IMG/VR virus record: IMGVR_UViG_3300021964_000023
Span: 1-64,000 of that record
Direction: 5' to 3' (one strand)
DNA from: a virus
Length of the DNA stretch: 64,000 bases
The translations under genes were made by a program, and so were the position numbers. Each line of letters begins with the position of its first letter. The first letter of the stretch is position 1. The notes beneath the pieces are model-generated. The model worked only from the letters and a program-made list of their open reading frames with translations. It did not search any database and was not told the DNA's origin. Below, piece by piece: positions 10,101 through 19,835 of the stretch.

Positions 10101-13100
10101 GATTCTACTGAAGGTGATCTGACAACTGTATCATCCTATGATCAGTTTGATTATTGTGATCTACCACTTCTCAAAGATAATACAAGATTAACTGATGTTA
10201 TTGATATTAGACCTAGAGTAAGGCAGTTTGATTCCAATTCAAGTTCTGTATCTCCTTTTGAGTTCAATTCAAGAACTTTTGAAGATGGAACAAACTCTGC
10301 TAAAAATATTCTTGCATCCGATGAGTCTATTCTAATCACCTATGGACACTACTTGCCTAGAATTGATAAGATTTACTTCAATCCAGATGGAGGATTCCAG
10401 TTACTGAAGGGTGTTGCTAGTGAATCTCCTCTTCCACCTCTTCCTATTGAGAATGCTCTGGAAGTTGCAACAATTAGTCTTCCACCATATATCTGTAACG
10501 CAGAGAATGTAAGCATTTCTCTGAAGTCACATAAGAGATACAGAATGCAAGATATTGCACTTCTGGAAGATAGGATAAAAAATCTTGAGTATTATACTGC
10601 ACTATCTCTGCTTGAAGCAAAGACTGAAGCACTGATCATTCCAGATGAAACTGGTCTTACTAGATTTAAATCTGGTATTTTTGTTGATAATTTTACAACT
10701 ACTCAGAATCAACTCAAAGCTGGTAATATTACCAACTCCATTGATCCAGTTAATACTGAACTGAGACCTTCTCACTTCACAACTGAAGTTGATATGCTGA
10801 TCGGTTCTAGATCTCTGATCGGTATTGGAACTACAGCAAATCCAAATGTAAGTCCTGCATTTGTAACTGACATTGTTGGTTCTAACTACAGAAGAACTGG
10901 TCAAGTAATTACTATTAACTATGTTGATAGTCTTGAAATTCAGAATCCATTTGCAACAAGAGTTGAGAACGTAACTCCATATCTGGTTACAACTTACACT
11001 GGTAATATTGAACTCTTCCCAACCTCGGATATCTGGATTGACCAAGTAAGATTGGCACCACAAAGAATCAATGTAGATGATTATACTCAGACCAGATTAC
11101 AACTTGAGTTTGCTGGTTATGACGCCCAAAGTGGTCTTGGACCTGTGCGTTGGGGTGCTTGGGCAGCAACATGGACTGGATCCAGTTCTACGTCTACAAG
11201 CAGCACAGTTCAAACTGGTAGTAGTTCGGTACAAAGTGGTAGAACAATCACTACCACTAACCAATTAAGAACTACCACGGTAACGACAACAACTAGAACT
11301 GGTACTGAAAATAGATCTGGAGAGAGACTTAGAGTTTCTGAGCAGACTGAAACTATCAATGAAGGTGATAGAGTTGTAAGTTCGGATGTGATCGCATTTA
11401 TGAGATCACGTAACGTTGAATTTACTGGTAGAAAGTTCAAACCAAGAACTAGAGTATATGGATTCTTTGATGGAATTAATGTAAATAACTTCATTGTTCC
11501 AAAACTAATTGAAATCAGAATGATCAGTGGATCGTTCTCTGTTGGAGAGACTGTAACTGGTTCTATGCCAACTAGCTCTACTCCTATTGTTGGTGGAGCA
11601 TCTCCAACAATTTCGTTTAGAGTCGCTCAGTCTAACCATAAGTATGGACCAATTAATGCACCAACAGATACATATACAATTAGTCCATATGATGAGAATT
11701 ATACAATTCCCGAAAACTATTCCAGTTCTTCCATTATTCTTAACGTAGATACTAGAACTCTCTCTGAGAGTAATCAGTCTCGCTATAGTGGTTGGATAAG
11801 ATCTGGTATGCGCCTCAGAGGTGCTACAGGTGAAGCAGAGGTTACAGATGTTAAATTGGTAACGGATAGAATCGGTACTGTTATTGGTACATTCTTCATT
11901 CCAAATCCAAATAACCCAACCAACCCAACTTTTGAAGTAGGTACAAAGGTATTCAGACTTACTAGTAGTTCTGTAAATAGTACTCTTGGTGGTCTTACAG
12001 ATACTAGTGGAGAAGAAGCATACTTCGCATCTGGTACTTTGAATAATGTCCAAGAGACTATCAGATCCACCAGAAAACCAAGATTTGAGAGAGTAGCAGC
12101 ATCCGAAAGTAGACCTGCAACCGATGTACAAGTAACGACAGCAATTACTAATAGCACTTCAACTAGTGTTACGGTTCTACCGCCTCCACCGCCACCTCCA
12201 CCACCACCACCACCGCCACCAAGGCCAAGACCTTCGGCACCTCCTCGCCCTGCGGTAAGACCTAGACCAGCACCTCCGCCACGTCCAGCACCTCCGCCAC
12301 GTCCCCCTAGACCACCAAGACCCCCACGTCCACCTCGTCCTCCACGTCCACCGAGACCACCCAGAAGAGGTAAAGACCCCTTGGCACAATCGTTCTCGAT
12401 TGTTGATGATCCAGGAGCATTTGTAACCGAGGTTGAAGTATTCTTCAGAACGAAGGATCCACTTCTACCTGTCACGGTACAATTGAGACCGATGGTAAAT
12501 GGTTATCCTTCTAACCAAATATATCCATTTGGTGAGGTAATTCTTGAATCTGATCAAGTTGAAGAATCTTTTGATGCAACAATTCCTACAACTGTAGTAT
12601 TCCCAGCACCAGTTTATCTGAATGGTGGAACAGAGCATTGTGTTGTTCTTCTCTCGCAGTCTAATGAATACACCGTCTGGATCTCCAGAATGGGTGAAGT
12701 TGATGTAAGCACACTGCTACAAGCAGAGTCTAGACAAGTTCTCGTATCTGCACAACCACACCTTGGATCTCTGTTTAAATCTCAAAATGGTTCCACTTGG
12801 AATGCATCTCAGTATGAGGATCTTAAGTTTAGTCTTTATACTGCAGGTTTTGATGAATCTGCTACGGTATCTTTCTTCAATCCAGAACTTGCTAAAGGTA
12901 ATCAACAGATTGCAAACCTCACTAAGGACGCCTTAGAGTTTGAATCTAAGCGGGTAATTGTTACTGCTAACGATATTATTGATACATCCAACTTTGTAAT
13001 AGGTAACACTATTGTTCAGAAAGATGCAAATGTAAGTGGTGATTACGTTGGCGCTGGTGGATCTGCAACAGGAGATCTTACCATTATCAATGCTGGTATT

Positions 13101-14858
13101 GGATATACACCATCTGATGGAAATCAATTCACATTTACTAATGTGCCTTTGGTTACATTCAGTGGTAATGGTAGAAATGCTACTGCCGATATTACAATTG
13201 GCGCTGATGGTTCTATAAATGGTGTTGCTATTGCTGCAACTATTAACTCTGGTGGTTCTGGTTATCAAGTTGGTGATGTATTCACTGTCGGCAACTTTGG
13301 TAATGATCAGTTAGGAAGAAATCTCCAACTATCTCTCAGTAACGTAACTGGCATCAATGAACTGATAATTGACAATATTCAAGGTGAATTTGAAATTAAC
13401 GCAGCAAAACCAATTCAGTATGTAAGTCCATCAACAGGAATTACGACAATGGTTGCTGTTGCTGGTGGTGACATTTCGGTTGATGATTTTGAACTTGCAA
13501 GTCTTGCGGAAGATGGTCTTCATATCAAGGTTAATCATAAAAACCATGGTATGCACTCTACTTTAAATACTGTCAGTATTAGTGGTGTCAAGGGAGATCT
13601 TAAACCAACAACTCTTACCGCAGAATATACAAACTCCGACTCTGGTGCAATCAGTATTGCAAATACATCTGGATTTGCAACATTTGAGAATGTGTCTGTT
13701 GCTTCTACTAATCCTGGTTATGTAATCATTGATGAAGAGATTATCTCTTACACTGGTGTTGAAGCTGGACAATTAATCGGAATTACTAGGGGTGTTGACA
13801 ATACAAGAACATACACCTATCCATTAAAGACATCTATTCAAAAGTATGAAAATAATGGTATTTCTTTAAGAAGAATTAATACTGATCATACATTACAAGA
13901 TGCTCTTGTAAATAGACCAATCACGCTTGATTCTTACTACATTAGAGTCAATACTGCTACTAACGGTGTTGATAGAAGTTCTGGATCTGGTCTTAATAAG
14001 CTTTATATCAATACTACCAAGTCTACTGGTGGAGATTTGATATATGCAACACAAAACATTCAGTATGAAGCAGTGAGACCCATTGTTCAAACAATGGCTC
14101 TTCCAGGAACTTCAATCTCTGCAGAACTTAAGGGTATCTCTGCTACAAGTATAGATGGTAATGAAATCTCATTTGTTGAGACCGAAAAAACCAGTATTAA
14201 TCTTGATGAAGATACCTATCTGCCAGAACCCAGAATGATTGCTTCTAGAGTCAATGAACTTGCTCAACTTAGCAATCTCCCTGGCAATAAGTCTATGGAA
14301 ATGACCTTTACATTGTCTACCGCAAATAGCAATGTATCTCCAATGATTGACCTTGATAGAGTTGGTATGGTTCTGATCTCTAATAGAATCAATGCCCCAA
14401 TCACTGATTATAAGAATGACTCTAGAACAGCATCTCTGAATGAGGATCCAACCGCATTCATCTATGCAAACAAACCAGTAGAGCTCGAGAATCCTGCAAC
14501 TTCCATTAAAGTTCTTCTCGCAGGGTATGTAAATACATACAGTGATATCAGAGCATTCTATTCTATCAGCAATACTCCAGAAGTAGAACCACTCTACTAT
14601 CCATTCCCTGGTTACACCAATTTGGATGTAAATGGTAATATCCTGGACTTTGCAGAGAGCAATGGTTTACCCAATAAGAGAGTTCCTAAGACTGATGTAC
14701 TTGCATCAGACAGTACTAATCTAATCTACAAAGATTATGAATTTAGTATTGATAATCTTCCAGAGTTTAAATACTTTAGTGTAAAACTCGTAGGAACTTC
14801 GACGAACCAGGCGTATCCGCCAAGAATGAGAGACCTAAGAGTTATCGCACTTGCATAG
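7191..14858 (+). CDS. Large virion structural protein (VrlC-like / DUF4815-type) with a Pro/Arg-rich insert
   Basis: N-terminal PYFDDFD..KNYYRVLFKPG.PVQARELT, RFKSGIFVDNF and DPLAQSF motifs; lies between gp8 and gp13 as in cyanophages. Confidence 0.8.
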   Translation: MPQETNLNVSPYFDDFDPAKNYYRVLFKPGLPVQARELTSLQAVLQDQVEQIGTHLFKEGSIVIPGQINYNNTLFAVEVEPEYLGIPIENYADDLVNVYIRGQNSNVLAKIVFYEGTAASERGYYTFFVSYVGAGNNGKDTFDDDETLLLEDNLSTAVVNFQSGQGFANTAPINSTSIGSAVFLTEGVYFLRGTFVKVPSQTLILDAHKSDPSYRVGLEIFEEVISSGQDNTLTDNAKGFNNYAAPGADRLRISALLAKKPLESDKSENFVQLMLIRDGDLQHIQDRTQYNEIAEELARRTYDQSGDFYVKPFSIHARESLDDRKGNNGIFTKDQLTYNSNIPSPDLGTYKISPGKAFIRGFEVDSGTVHYLDFEKTRSIKTLKEQAVNYFTGPTLTLNRTFGAPRIGFSTSSTISLRDSRIGVTSTTAAGKEIGIARVYDYALESGSYSSVASDINEWDITLYDIQPYTEISLNQASTLNVPTYIEGKSSGATAHLRYNSTTGIVTAYGTKGSFLKGEKLVFNGVDDGRISTAVTEYSMADVKSLFSNVGVAQTFNSDVKQYSKLEFSGITISPKSGTAPGISTVTTSEQVFTNLVKSGDLVSFTNNLLGSTSIKTYAKVDSVTDANNIVISGITTVPLINDGGLPTSSINPTDFKILGSRFQSSTDNTLYTPLPKEFISSVDLTKSTISIKREFNVTITANATNTIQAGENETFLAYDEERYVLINAEGGFEELSADKFRYTNGGRELRIFGLSSTGSGRLIATLKKTNVTNKVKNSIKTNSIIVNKSKLSSSGIGSTTLNDGLAYGSYGYGLRVQDKDVCLLEPDVIKVYGVFESSDTGAPVLPSISLFNLNGPTGKTDDFVLGEEIVGQTSGAIALYVEKPNSSSANLVYLNDLRFEIGESILTETTGITGTINDFDQGDENILNRFTLDSGHRETIVDYSRLIRKPNAKAPRRQLRVVFESAEYNDSTEGDLTTVSSYDQFDYCDLPLLKDNTRLTDVIDIRPRVRQFDSNSSSVSPFEFNSRTFEDGTNSAKNILASDESILITYGHYLPRIDKIYFNPDGGFQLLKGVASESPLPPLPIENALEVATISLPPYICNAENVSISLKSHKRYRMQDIALLEDRIKNLEYYTALSLLEAKTEALIIPDETGLTRFKSGIFVDNFTTTQNQLKAGNITNSIDPVNTELRPSHFTTEVDMLIGSRSLIGIGTTANPNVSPAFVTDIVGSNYRRTGQVITINYVDSLEIQNPFATRVENVTPYLVTTYTGNIELFPTSDIWIDQVRLAPQRINVDDYTQTRLQLEFAGYDAQSGLGPVRWGAWAATWTGSSSTSTSSTVQTGSSSVQSGRTITTTNQLRTTTVTTTTRTGTENRSGERLRVSEQTETINEGDRVVSSDVIAFMRSRNVEFTGRKFKPRTRVYGFFDGINVNNFIVPKLIEIRMISGSFSVGETVTGSMPTSSTPIVGGASPTISFRVAQSNHKYGPINAPTDTYTISPYDENYTIPENYSSSSIILNVDTRTLSESNQSRYSGWIRSGMRLRGATGEAEVTDVKLVTDRIGTVIGTFFIPNPNNPTNPTFEVGTKVFRLTSSSVNSTLGGLTDTSGEEAYFASGTLNNVQETIRSTRKPRFERVAASESRPATDVQVTTAITNSTSTSVTVLPPPPPPPPPPPPPPRPRPSAPPRPAVRPRPAPPPRPAPPPRPPRPPRPPRPPRPPRPPRPPRRGKDPLAQSFSIVDDPGAFVTEVEVFFRTKDPLLPVTVQLRPMVNGYPSNQIYPFGEVILESDQVEESFDATIPTTVVFPAPVYLNGGTEHCVVLLSQSNEYTVWISRMGEVDVSTLLQAESRQVLVSAQPHLGSLFKSQNGSTWNASQYEDLKFSLYTAGFDESATVSFFNPELAKGNQQIANLTKDALEFESKRVIVTANDIIDTSNFVIGNTIVQKDANVSGDYVGAGGSATGDLTIINAGIGYTPSDGNQFTFTNVPLVTFSGNGRNATADITIGADGSINGVAIAATINSGGSGYQVGDVFTVGNFGNDQLGRNLQLSLSNVTGINELIIDNIQGEFEINAAKPIQYVSPSTGITTMVAVAGGDISVDDFELASLAEDGLHIKVNHKNHGMHSTLNTVSISGVKGDLKPTTLTAEYTNSDSGAISIANTSGFATFENVSVASTNPGYVIIDEEIISYTGVEAGQLIGITRGVDNTRTYTYPLKTSIQKYENNGISLRRINTDHTLQDALVNRPITLDSYYIRVNTATNGVDRSSGSGLNKLYINTTKSTGGDLIYATQNIQYEAVRPIVQTMALPGTSISAELKGISATSIDGNEISFVETEKTSINLDEDTYLPEPRMIASRVNELAQLSNLPGNKSMEMTFTLSTANSNVSPMIDLDRVGMVLISNRINAPITDYKNDSRTASLNEDPTAFIYANKPVELENPATSIKVLLAGYVNTYSDIRAFYSISNTPEVEPLYYPFPGYTNLDVNGNILDFAESNGLPNKRVPKTDVLASDSTNLIYKDYEFSIDNLPEFKYFSVKLVGTSTNQAYPPRMRDLRVIALA
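12177..12372 (+). repeat. Low-complexity coding repeat: poly-Pro followed by (PPR)n
   Basis: C-rich CCN tract encoding PPPP...RPRPSAPPRP...PPRPPRPPRPPRR with varied codons. Confidence 0.9.
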
Positions 14859-14859
14859 T

Positions 14860-15072
14860 ATGGAAAATAGGTATTTTAAGGTTGAGGGTCATAGTTTTCT
14901 TGTTAGAGATTCACAAACAAATGCGATTGTGAATCGCGACAAGCGAGGCTATGACTCATATAAAAATCTTAGAAAGGCAAAAGGTAGAGAAAAAGAGAGA
15001 CTTGATAGATTAGAAAATGATGTAAATGAAATTAAAGATCTCTTAATCCAATTAATAAACAAGGACAAGTAA
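14860..15072 (+). CDS. Small conserved hypothetical protein with C-terminal coiled coil
   Basis: ATG at 14860; KVEGH..LVRD..TNAIVN motif; usual position before gp13. Confidence 0.75.
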   Translation: MENRYFKVEGHSFLVRDSQTNAIVNRDKRGYDSYKNLRKAKGREKERLDRLENDVNEIKDLLIQLINKDK

Positions 15073-15912
15073 ATGGCAACTCCAGCAAGCAGACAAGGAC
15101 TGATTGACTACGCAAAGAGGCAACTAGGTGCTCCTGTGCTGGAGATCAACGTTGCTGATGAACAAATTGATGATATTATTGATGATTCTCTACAATTTTT
15201 TTATGAGAGACATTTTGATGGTGTTGTTCAAACATTTTTAAAGTACGAAGTAACTCAAGCAGACATTGATAGAGCAAGAGCAAAAGTAGGTGGTGTAGGC
15301 ATTGCATCAACTCAAGTAACTGGAACTGTAGGAGGAACACCAACTACATTTAACTTTTATGAAACTGAGAATTTTATTCCAGTTCCTCCTCAAATTATTG
15401 GTATTACCAAAGTATTTCACTTTGAGGGATCTAGCAGTCTTTCCAGTGGAATGTTTAACATTAAATATCAGTTGTTCTTGAATGATCTTTATCATTTTAG
15501 TTCCCTTGAACTCTTAACATATTCTATGGTTAAGAGACAATTGTCTGATATTGACTTTTTGTTGACAACACAAAAACAGATAAGATTCAATCAAAGACAA
15601 GATAGACTTTACATGGATATGGACTGGTCATCCCTCGATCCTGGAGATATCTTAGTCATTGACTGTTATAGACTTCTTGATCCAAATGATTCTCCTGGAG
15701 TATGGAGTGATTCTTTCCTCAAGAAGTATGTTACTGCTGCTCTCAAGAAGCAGTGGGGTCAGAACTTAATCAAATTCCAGGGAGTAAAACTTCCTGGTGG
15801 AACAGAATTAAATGGTAGACAAATTTACGACGATGGTGTGAATGAGCTAAATGCTCTGATAGACAAGATGTCTTCTACATACGAACTTCCACCATTAGAT
15901 ATGATCGGTTAA
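15073..15912 (+). CDS. gp13: Neck protein gp13
   Basis: LGAPVLEINVADEQ, KKQWGQNLIKFQGVKLPGG..LNG motifs. Confidence 0.93.
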   Translation: MATPASRQGLIDYAKRQLGAPVLEINVADEQIDDIIDDSLQFFYERHFDGVVQTFLKYEVTQADIDRARAKVGGVGIASTQVTGTVGGTPTTFNFYETENFIPVPPQIIGITKVFHFEGSSSLSSGMFNIKYQLFLNDLYHFSSLELLTYSMVKRQLSDIDFLLTTQKQIRFNQRQDRLYMDMDWSSLDPGDILVIDCYRLLDPNDSPGVWSDSFLKKYVTAALKKQWGQNLIKFQGVKLPGGTELNGRQIYDDGVNELNALIDKMSSTYELPPLDMIG

Positions 15913-15916
15913 TCAT

Positions 15917-17317
15917 ATGGCGTTAAATCCATTCTTTCTCCATGGTTCTTCTGGAGAACAAAATTTAGTTCAAGACTTAGTAAACGAACAACTTAAAATG
16001 TTCGGAGTGGAAGTATATTATCTTCCAAGAGTCTTTCAAAATGAAAAAACTGTCATGGAGGAAGTGTCTCGGTCTGAGTTTACCGCAGCGATTCCTCTTG
16101 AAGCATATGTGGATACATATGAAGGATTTAGTGGTGCAGGAACTTTATTGTCTAAGTTTGGTGTACAAGAAGTTGATGATTTAACCATTATTATCTCAAA
16201 AGAGAGATATGAATCTGTTGTTCAACAACAGGCAGCGTTAATTGATAGAACAAAACTCACATCTAGACCAAAAGAAGGAGATCTCATATATTTTCCACTT
16301 GGTGATAGATTATTTGAAATTAAGTATGTTGAGCATGAAAAACCCTTCTGGCAATTACAGAAGAATTATGTTTATGAGCTTAGATTAGAACTCTTTGCAT
16401 ACAATGACGAGGAGATTGATACTGGAGTCTCTGAGATTGATGATAATGTAATTGATGCTGGTTACATTCAAACTTTCAATATGGTTGGTGTTGGATCTAC
16501 AGCAACTGCAATTACAACCTTGAATGATGGTGTTGTAAGAAGAATACTTGTAAACAGAAGAGGGTCTGGATACACTAGCACACCAAGAGTTGCCATAAGT
16601 TCTGCACCGACATCTGGTAGAACTGCTGTTGGTATTGCCTCAATGATTGGTGGCATTATTGATCTTTGTGATGCAAGTCCAGATAATCTCAGAGTACAGA
16701 AAGTTACCCTTGCAGATCCTGGATTTGGATATACATCTGTTCCTAGAGTTACCTTCCATGGTGGAGAGGGATCTGGTGCTTATGCAACTGCTCAAATAGC
16801 AGATGCTGCCATTGGTATTGTAACTATTACTAGTGGTGGTAGTGGGTATATCAGTATTCCAACTGTCACTGTTGTTGCACCTGGAATTGCAAGTACTACA
16901 ATTGACGCCAAGATTACGGCAAGACTCTCTGGTCTAGGAACAATCACAGAACTTGTGATTGAAGATGCGGGCGGATACTATGAAGGAGTACCAGAAATTG
17001 TAATTTCTGGACCACAAAATACTGTTGGATATGGTACATATCTAACTAATGAAGATGTGGTTGGTTCTGCAAGTAGTGCAACTGGACGGGTTAATTCTTG
17101 GAATTCTGTAACTCAAGTTCTTAAGTTAAAAGATATTGTCGGGGAATTCCAGAGTGGAGAATCTATTATAGGTCAAGCAAGTGGTGCTGCTTACGCAAAT
17201 ATTAACCTAAATACATTTAATGTTCCTGAAGATGGTTACGCGCAGAATGTAACCATTGAACAGGAAGCAGATGCGATTCTTGACTTTAGTGAATCTAACC
17301 CATTTGGCAGCCCTTAG
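15917..17317 (+). CDS. gp14: Neck protein gp14 (extended with GxGY repeats)
   Basis: RPKEGDLIYFP..LFEIKYVEHEKPF and C-terminal DFSESNPFG. Confidence 0.92.
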   Translation: MALNPFFLHGSSGEQNLVQDLVNEQLKMFGVEVYYLPRVFQNEKTVMEEVSRSEFTAAIPLEAYVDTYEGFSGAGTLLSKFGVQEVDDLTIIISKERYESVVQQQAALIDRTKLTSRPKEGDLIYFPLGDRLFEIKYVEHEKPFWQLQKNYVYELRLELFAYNDEEIDTGVSEIDDNVIDAGYIQTFNMVGVGSTATAITTLNDGVVRRILVNRRGSGYTSTPRVAISSAPTSGRTAVGIASMIGGIIDLCDASPDNLRVQKVTLADPGFGYTSVPRVTFHGGEGSGAYATAQIADAAIGIVTITSGGSGYISIPTVTVVAPGIASTTIDAKITARLSGLGTITELVIEDAGGYYEGVPEIVISGPQNTVGYGTYLTNEDVVGSASSATGRVNSWNSVTQVLKLKDIVGEFQSGESIIGQASGAAYANINLNTFNVPEDGYAQNVTIEQEADAILDFSESNPFGSP

Positions 17318-17327
17318 GAGATAGACC

Positions 17328-18302
17328 ATGTTTGATCATTTTTATCACCAGATTTTTAGGAAGACGGTGATTGCATTTGGAACCCTCTTCAATGGTATTG
17401 AGATTAATAGGGATGGTGATGAGATCATCAAAGTTCCTCTTGCCTATGGACCTACTCAAAAATTCTTGGCAAGGATTGAACAGCAACCTGATCTGAATAA
17501 ACCCATTCAAATTAGTCTCCCAAGAATGTCATTTGAGTTCACTGGAGTATCTTACGATAATAGTCGTAAGTTAGCGACTACACAAGCATATGCTGTAGCA
17601 CCTAGAACAGATAAAACAGATATTAAAAAAATGTTCTTCCCTGTGCCATACAATATGGCATTTGAGTTGAATATTATGACACTTTTAAATGATGATGCTC
17701 TGCAAATTGTAGAGCAAATTTTACCATACTTCCAACCAAACTTCAATCTTACAATTGATTTGATTGAGTCTATTGGTGAAAAGAGAGACATTCCAATCAC
17801 ATTAGAAAGTGTATCCTTCCAAGATAATTATGAGGGAGATTACACATCGAGAAGAGTACTATTATATACGTTAAAATTTACAGCAAAAACTTTCTTGTTT
17901 GGACCAGTACCAGACAGCAGCAAAGATATCATCAACAGAGTTTCCATTGGTTTGGGTGCTGGAGATCCAAGTCCAGAAGCAACAAGATCTATTATATACA
18001 AAACTCCCGTTGCAACAAAAGCATACAATGGAAACGTTATTACTAATCTTGCAGAGGACCTCTCTGATTCCAGTACCTTAGTTAAGATTAATGACGATCA
18101 AAACATTCCAGTAAGATCTTATATCACTATTGATGATGAGACAATGTATGTTAAGAAAAAAGATGGTGGTGAGTTAACTGTTACTCGTGGAATGTATCGA
18201 ACTACTGCATCTGAACACGTTGAAGGTGCTGGTGTTCTCTTAATTACCAGTGCTGATAATGATTCTGTTCAAGCAGGTGATGACTTTGGATTTAGTGGGT
18301 AA
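17328..18302 (+). CDS. gp15: Tail sheath stabiliser/terminator gp15
   Basis: KVPLAYGP.QKFLAR, LPRMSFE, QIVEQILPYFQP motifs. Confidence 0.93.
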   Translation: MFDHFYHQIFRKTVIAFGTLFNGIEINRDGDEIIKVPLAYGPTQKFLARIEQQPDLNKPIQISLPRMSFEFTGVSYDNSRKLATTQAYAVAPRTDKTDIKKMFFPVPYNMAFELNIMTLLNDDALQIVEQILPYFQPNFNLTIDLIESIGEKRDIPITLESVSFQDNYEGDYTSRRVLLYTLKFTAKTFLFGPVPDSSKDIINRVSIGLGAGDPSPEATRSIIYKTPVATKAYNGNVITNLAEDLSDSSTLVKINDDQNIPVRSYITIDDETMYVKKKDGGELTVTRGMYRTTASEHVEGAGVLLITSADNDSVQAGDDFGFSG

Positions 18303-18307
18303 TTGAC

Positions 18308-18730
18308 ATGAATGATAAATTTAAGGATCTTAACGATACATTTGATGTGGAGGCAGAGATTGTAAAACCAGAGAAGGAGAAGAAGGAGATAACAAGACCT
18401 TCAGAATCTGAAGATGTAACTAAGGATTATGAATACACGAGAGGTAACCTCTATTCCATCATTGAGAAGGGACAAGAGGCGTTGGATACTGCGTTGGAAC
18501 TCGCCCAAGACAGTGGACAAGCAAGACAATTTGAAGTCGTCGGACAGTTAATTAAAAATGTTGCAGATGCGACTGACAAATTACTTGATCTTCAGAAGAA
18601 GTTGAAGGACTTAGACGCCGACGAAAAAGGCCCTACAAACGTAACCAACAATGCAATGTTCTTTGGATCTACTGCAGAGTTATCAAAGATGCTTAAGCAG
18701 CAAGCTAAAAATCTAAACGAAGATAAATAG
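18308..18730 (+). CDS. gp16: Terminase small subunit gp16
   Basis: DYEYTRGNLYSIIEKGQEA, FEVVGQLIK, GSTAELSKML; synteny. Confidence 0.9.
   Translation: MNDKFKDLNDTFDVEAEIVKPEKEKKEITRPSESEDVTKDYEYTRGNLYSIIEKGQEALDTALELAQDSGQARQFEVVGQLIKNVADATDKLLDLQKKLKDLDADEKGPTNVTNNAMFFGSTAELSKMLKQQAKNLNEDK
18723..18729 (+). promoter_or_regulatory. Late promoter (ATAAATA)
   Basis: Box 21 nt upstream of the ATG at 18751. Confidence 0.65.
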
Positions 18731-18750
18731 AAAAAAAGTGTTTTCTAGAG

Positions 18751-19806
18751 ATGCCTAGTTTTGAAATCAACCCTAAAGCGAAGAAGGGTTCCGAGAGAGA
18801 TAAGAAACTCCAGAATAGAGCAGACGCTGGCGGTGTTGAAGGAAGAACTGCTGCAAAGATGCTGCAAAAGAAAGGTAAAGGACCTTCCCTCCCTGGACGC
18901 ACCCAAGACATGAAAAAAGTGTCTGAAGAAGAAGTCGTACCTGGTATCAAACTTGTTGATATTATCCTCGGTGAAGAGAAGTGTGGTAAGGGAATGTACT
19001 ACTGCTACACTGATAAGAAGTGCAAGAAGATGCCTGAGGGTTTGAAGATGGCTGCACGTTTTGGTGGTGGTGGTCATGAACCCCAAGAAGTTGGAATTGA
19101 CAAACCTGTAGAGGGTGGAGAAGGCGGTAACGGTGGTAATGGTGGTGGAACTAGTGAATCCCTCTCAATTGAAGATGCTTTTGGTAATAAGTTCATGGAA
19201 GTAGTTGATCTAATCAAACCAGAGGATATTGTTGAGAAGTGTTGGAAGGGTTATACCCAAAAAGGCATGAAAAAGAAAGGTAATAAGGTTGTTCCGAATT
19301 GCGTTCCTGCAGAGGAAGTTCAGGTTGATGAAGCAGTAAGACTTCCTGCAGAATATGGCAACCTCTTAGCAGTTGTTGTCATGTGGAGAGGTAAGTCCCT
19401 TATGATGAAGATGTTCTTTCCTCATGCATCCATGCCTAAGAGAGAAGATGTTCAAAGAGAGATTGAGAAAGTTTATCCTGGTGGCAAAGTAACTCACTTC
19501 CATAGAACTGATCTTCCAAGTGAGTATTCTCCCCATAATGCTCCTATTGTAAGAGTACAAAAGGAAGAGGCATGTCCAAAGTGTGCTGGTAAGTGTGGTG
19601 AAGGTTGTGAATGTGACTGTCACAAGGTTGATGAAGCAGCAGGTGAGAAAGATGCTTGCTATAAAAAAGTAAAATCTCGTTATAGCGTATGGCCAAGTGC
19701 CTATGCATCAGGAGCACTATCTAAGTGTCGCAAAGTTGGTGCTAAAAATTGGGGAAATAAAACTAAAAAAGAACAGTTTGAGGGGGAAGACCGCCTGGGA
19801 AAGTAG
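18751..19806 (+). CDS. Modular Lys/Cys-rich hypothetical protein, probable internal head protein; ends at a -1 slippery site
   Basis: Short modules separated by Glu-rich linkers; ends CTG GGA AAG TAG. Confidence 0.75.
   Translation: MPSFEINPKAKKGSERDKKLQNRADAGGVEGRTAAKMLQKKGKGPSLPGRTQDMKKVSEEEVVPGIKLVDIILGEEKCGKGMYYCYTDKKCKKMPEGLKMAARFGGGGHEPQEVGIDKPVEGGEGGNGGNGGGTSESLSIEDAFGNKFMEVVDLIKPEDIVEKCWKGYTQKGMKKKGNKVVPNCVPAEEVQVDEAVRLPAEYGNLLAVVVMWRGKSLMMKMFFPHASMPKREDVQREIEKVYPGGKVTHFHRTDLPSEYSPHNAPIVRVQKEEACPKCAGKCGEGCECDCHKVDEAAGEKDACYKKVKSRYSVWPSAYASGALSKCRKVGAKNWGNKTKKEQFEGEDRLGK
19781..19806 (+). other. Candidate programmed -1 ribosomal frameshift signal
   Basis: AGGGGG at 19781-19786, 10-nt spacer, then G GGA AAG at 19797-19803 and TAG. 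The -1 frame is open into ORF 19836..20393. Confidence 0.7.
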
Positions 19807-19835
19807 AAGAAAAACTGAATATTAAGAAGGCAGAC

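Noticed and set aside
11783-12475. Gly/Arg-rich 230-aa minus-strand ORF (RGG-like)
   Set aside because: Reverse complement of the Pro-rich tract of the VrlC-like gene.
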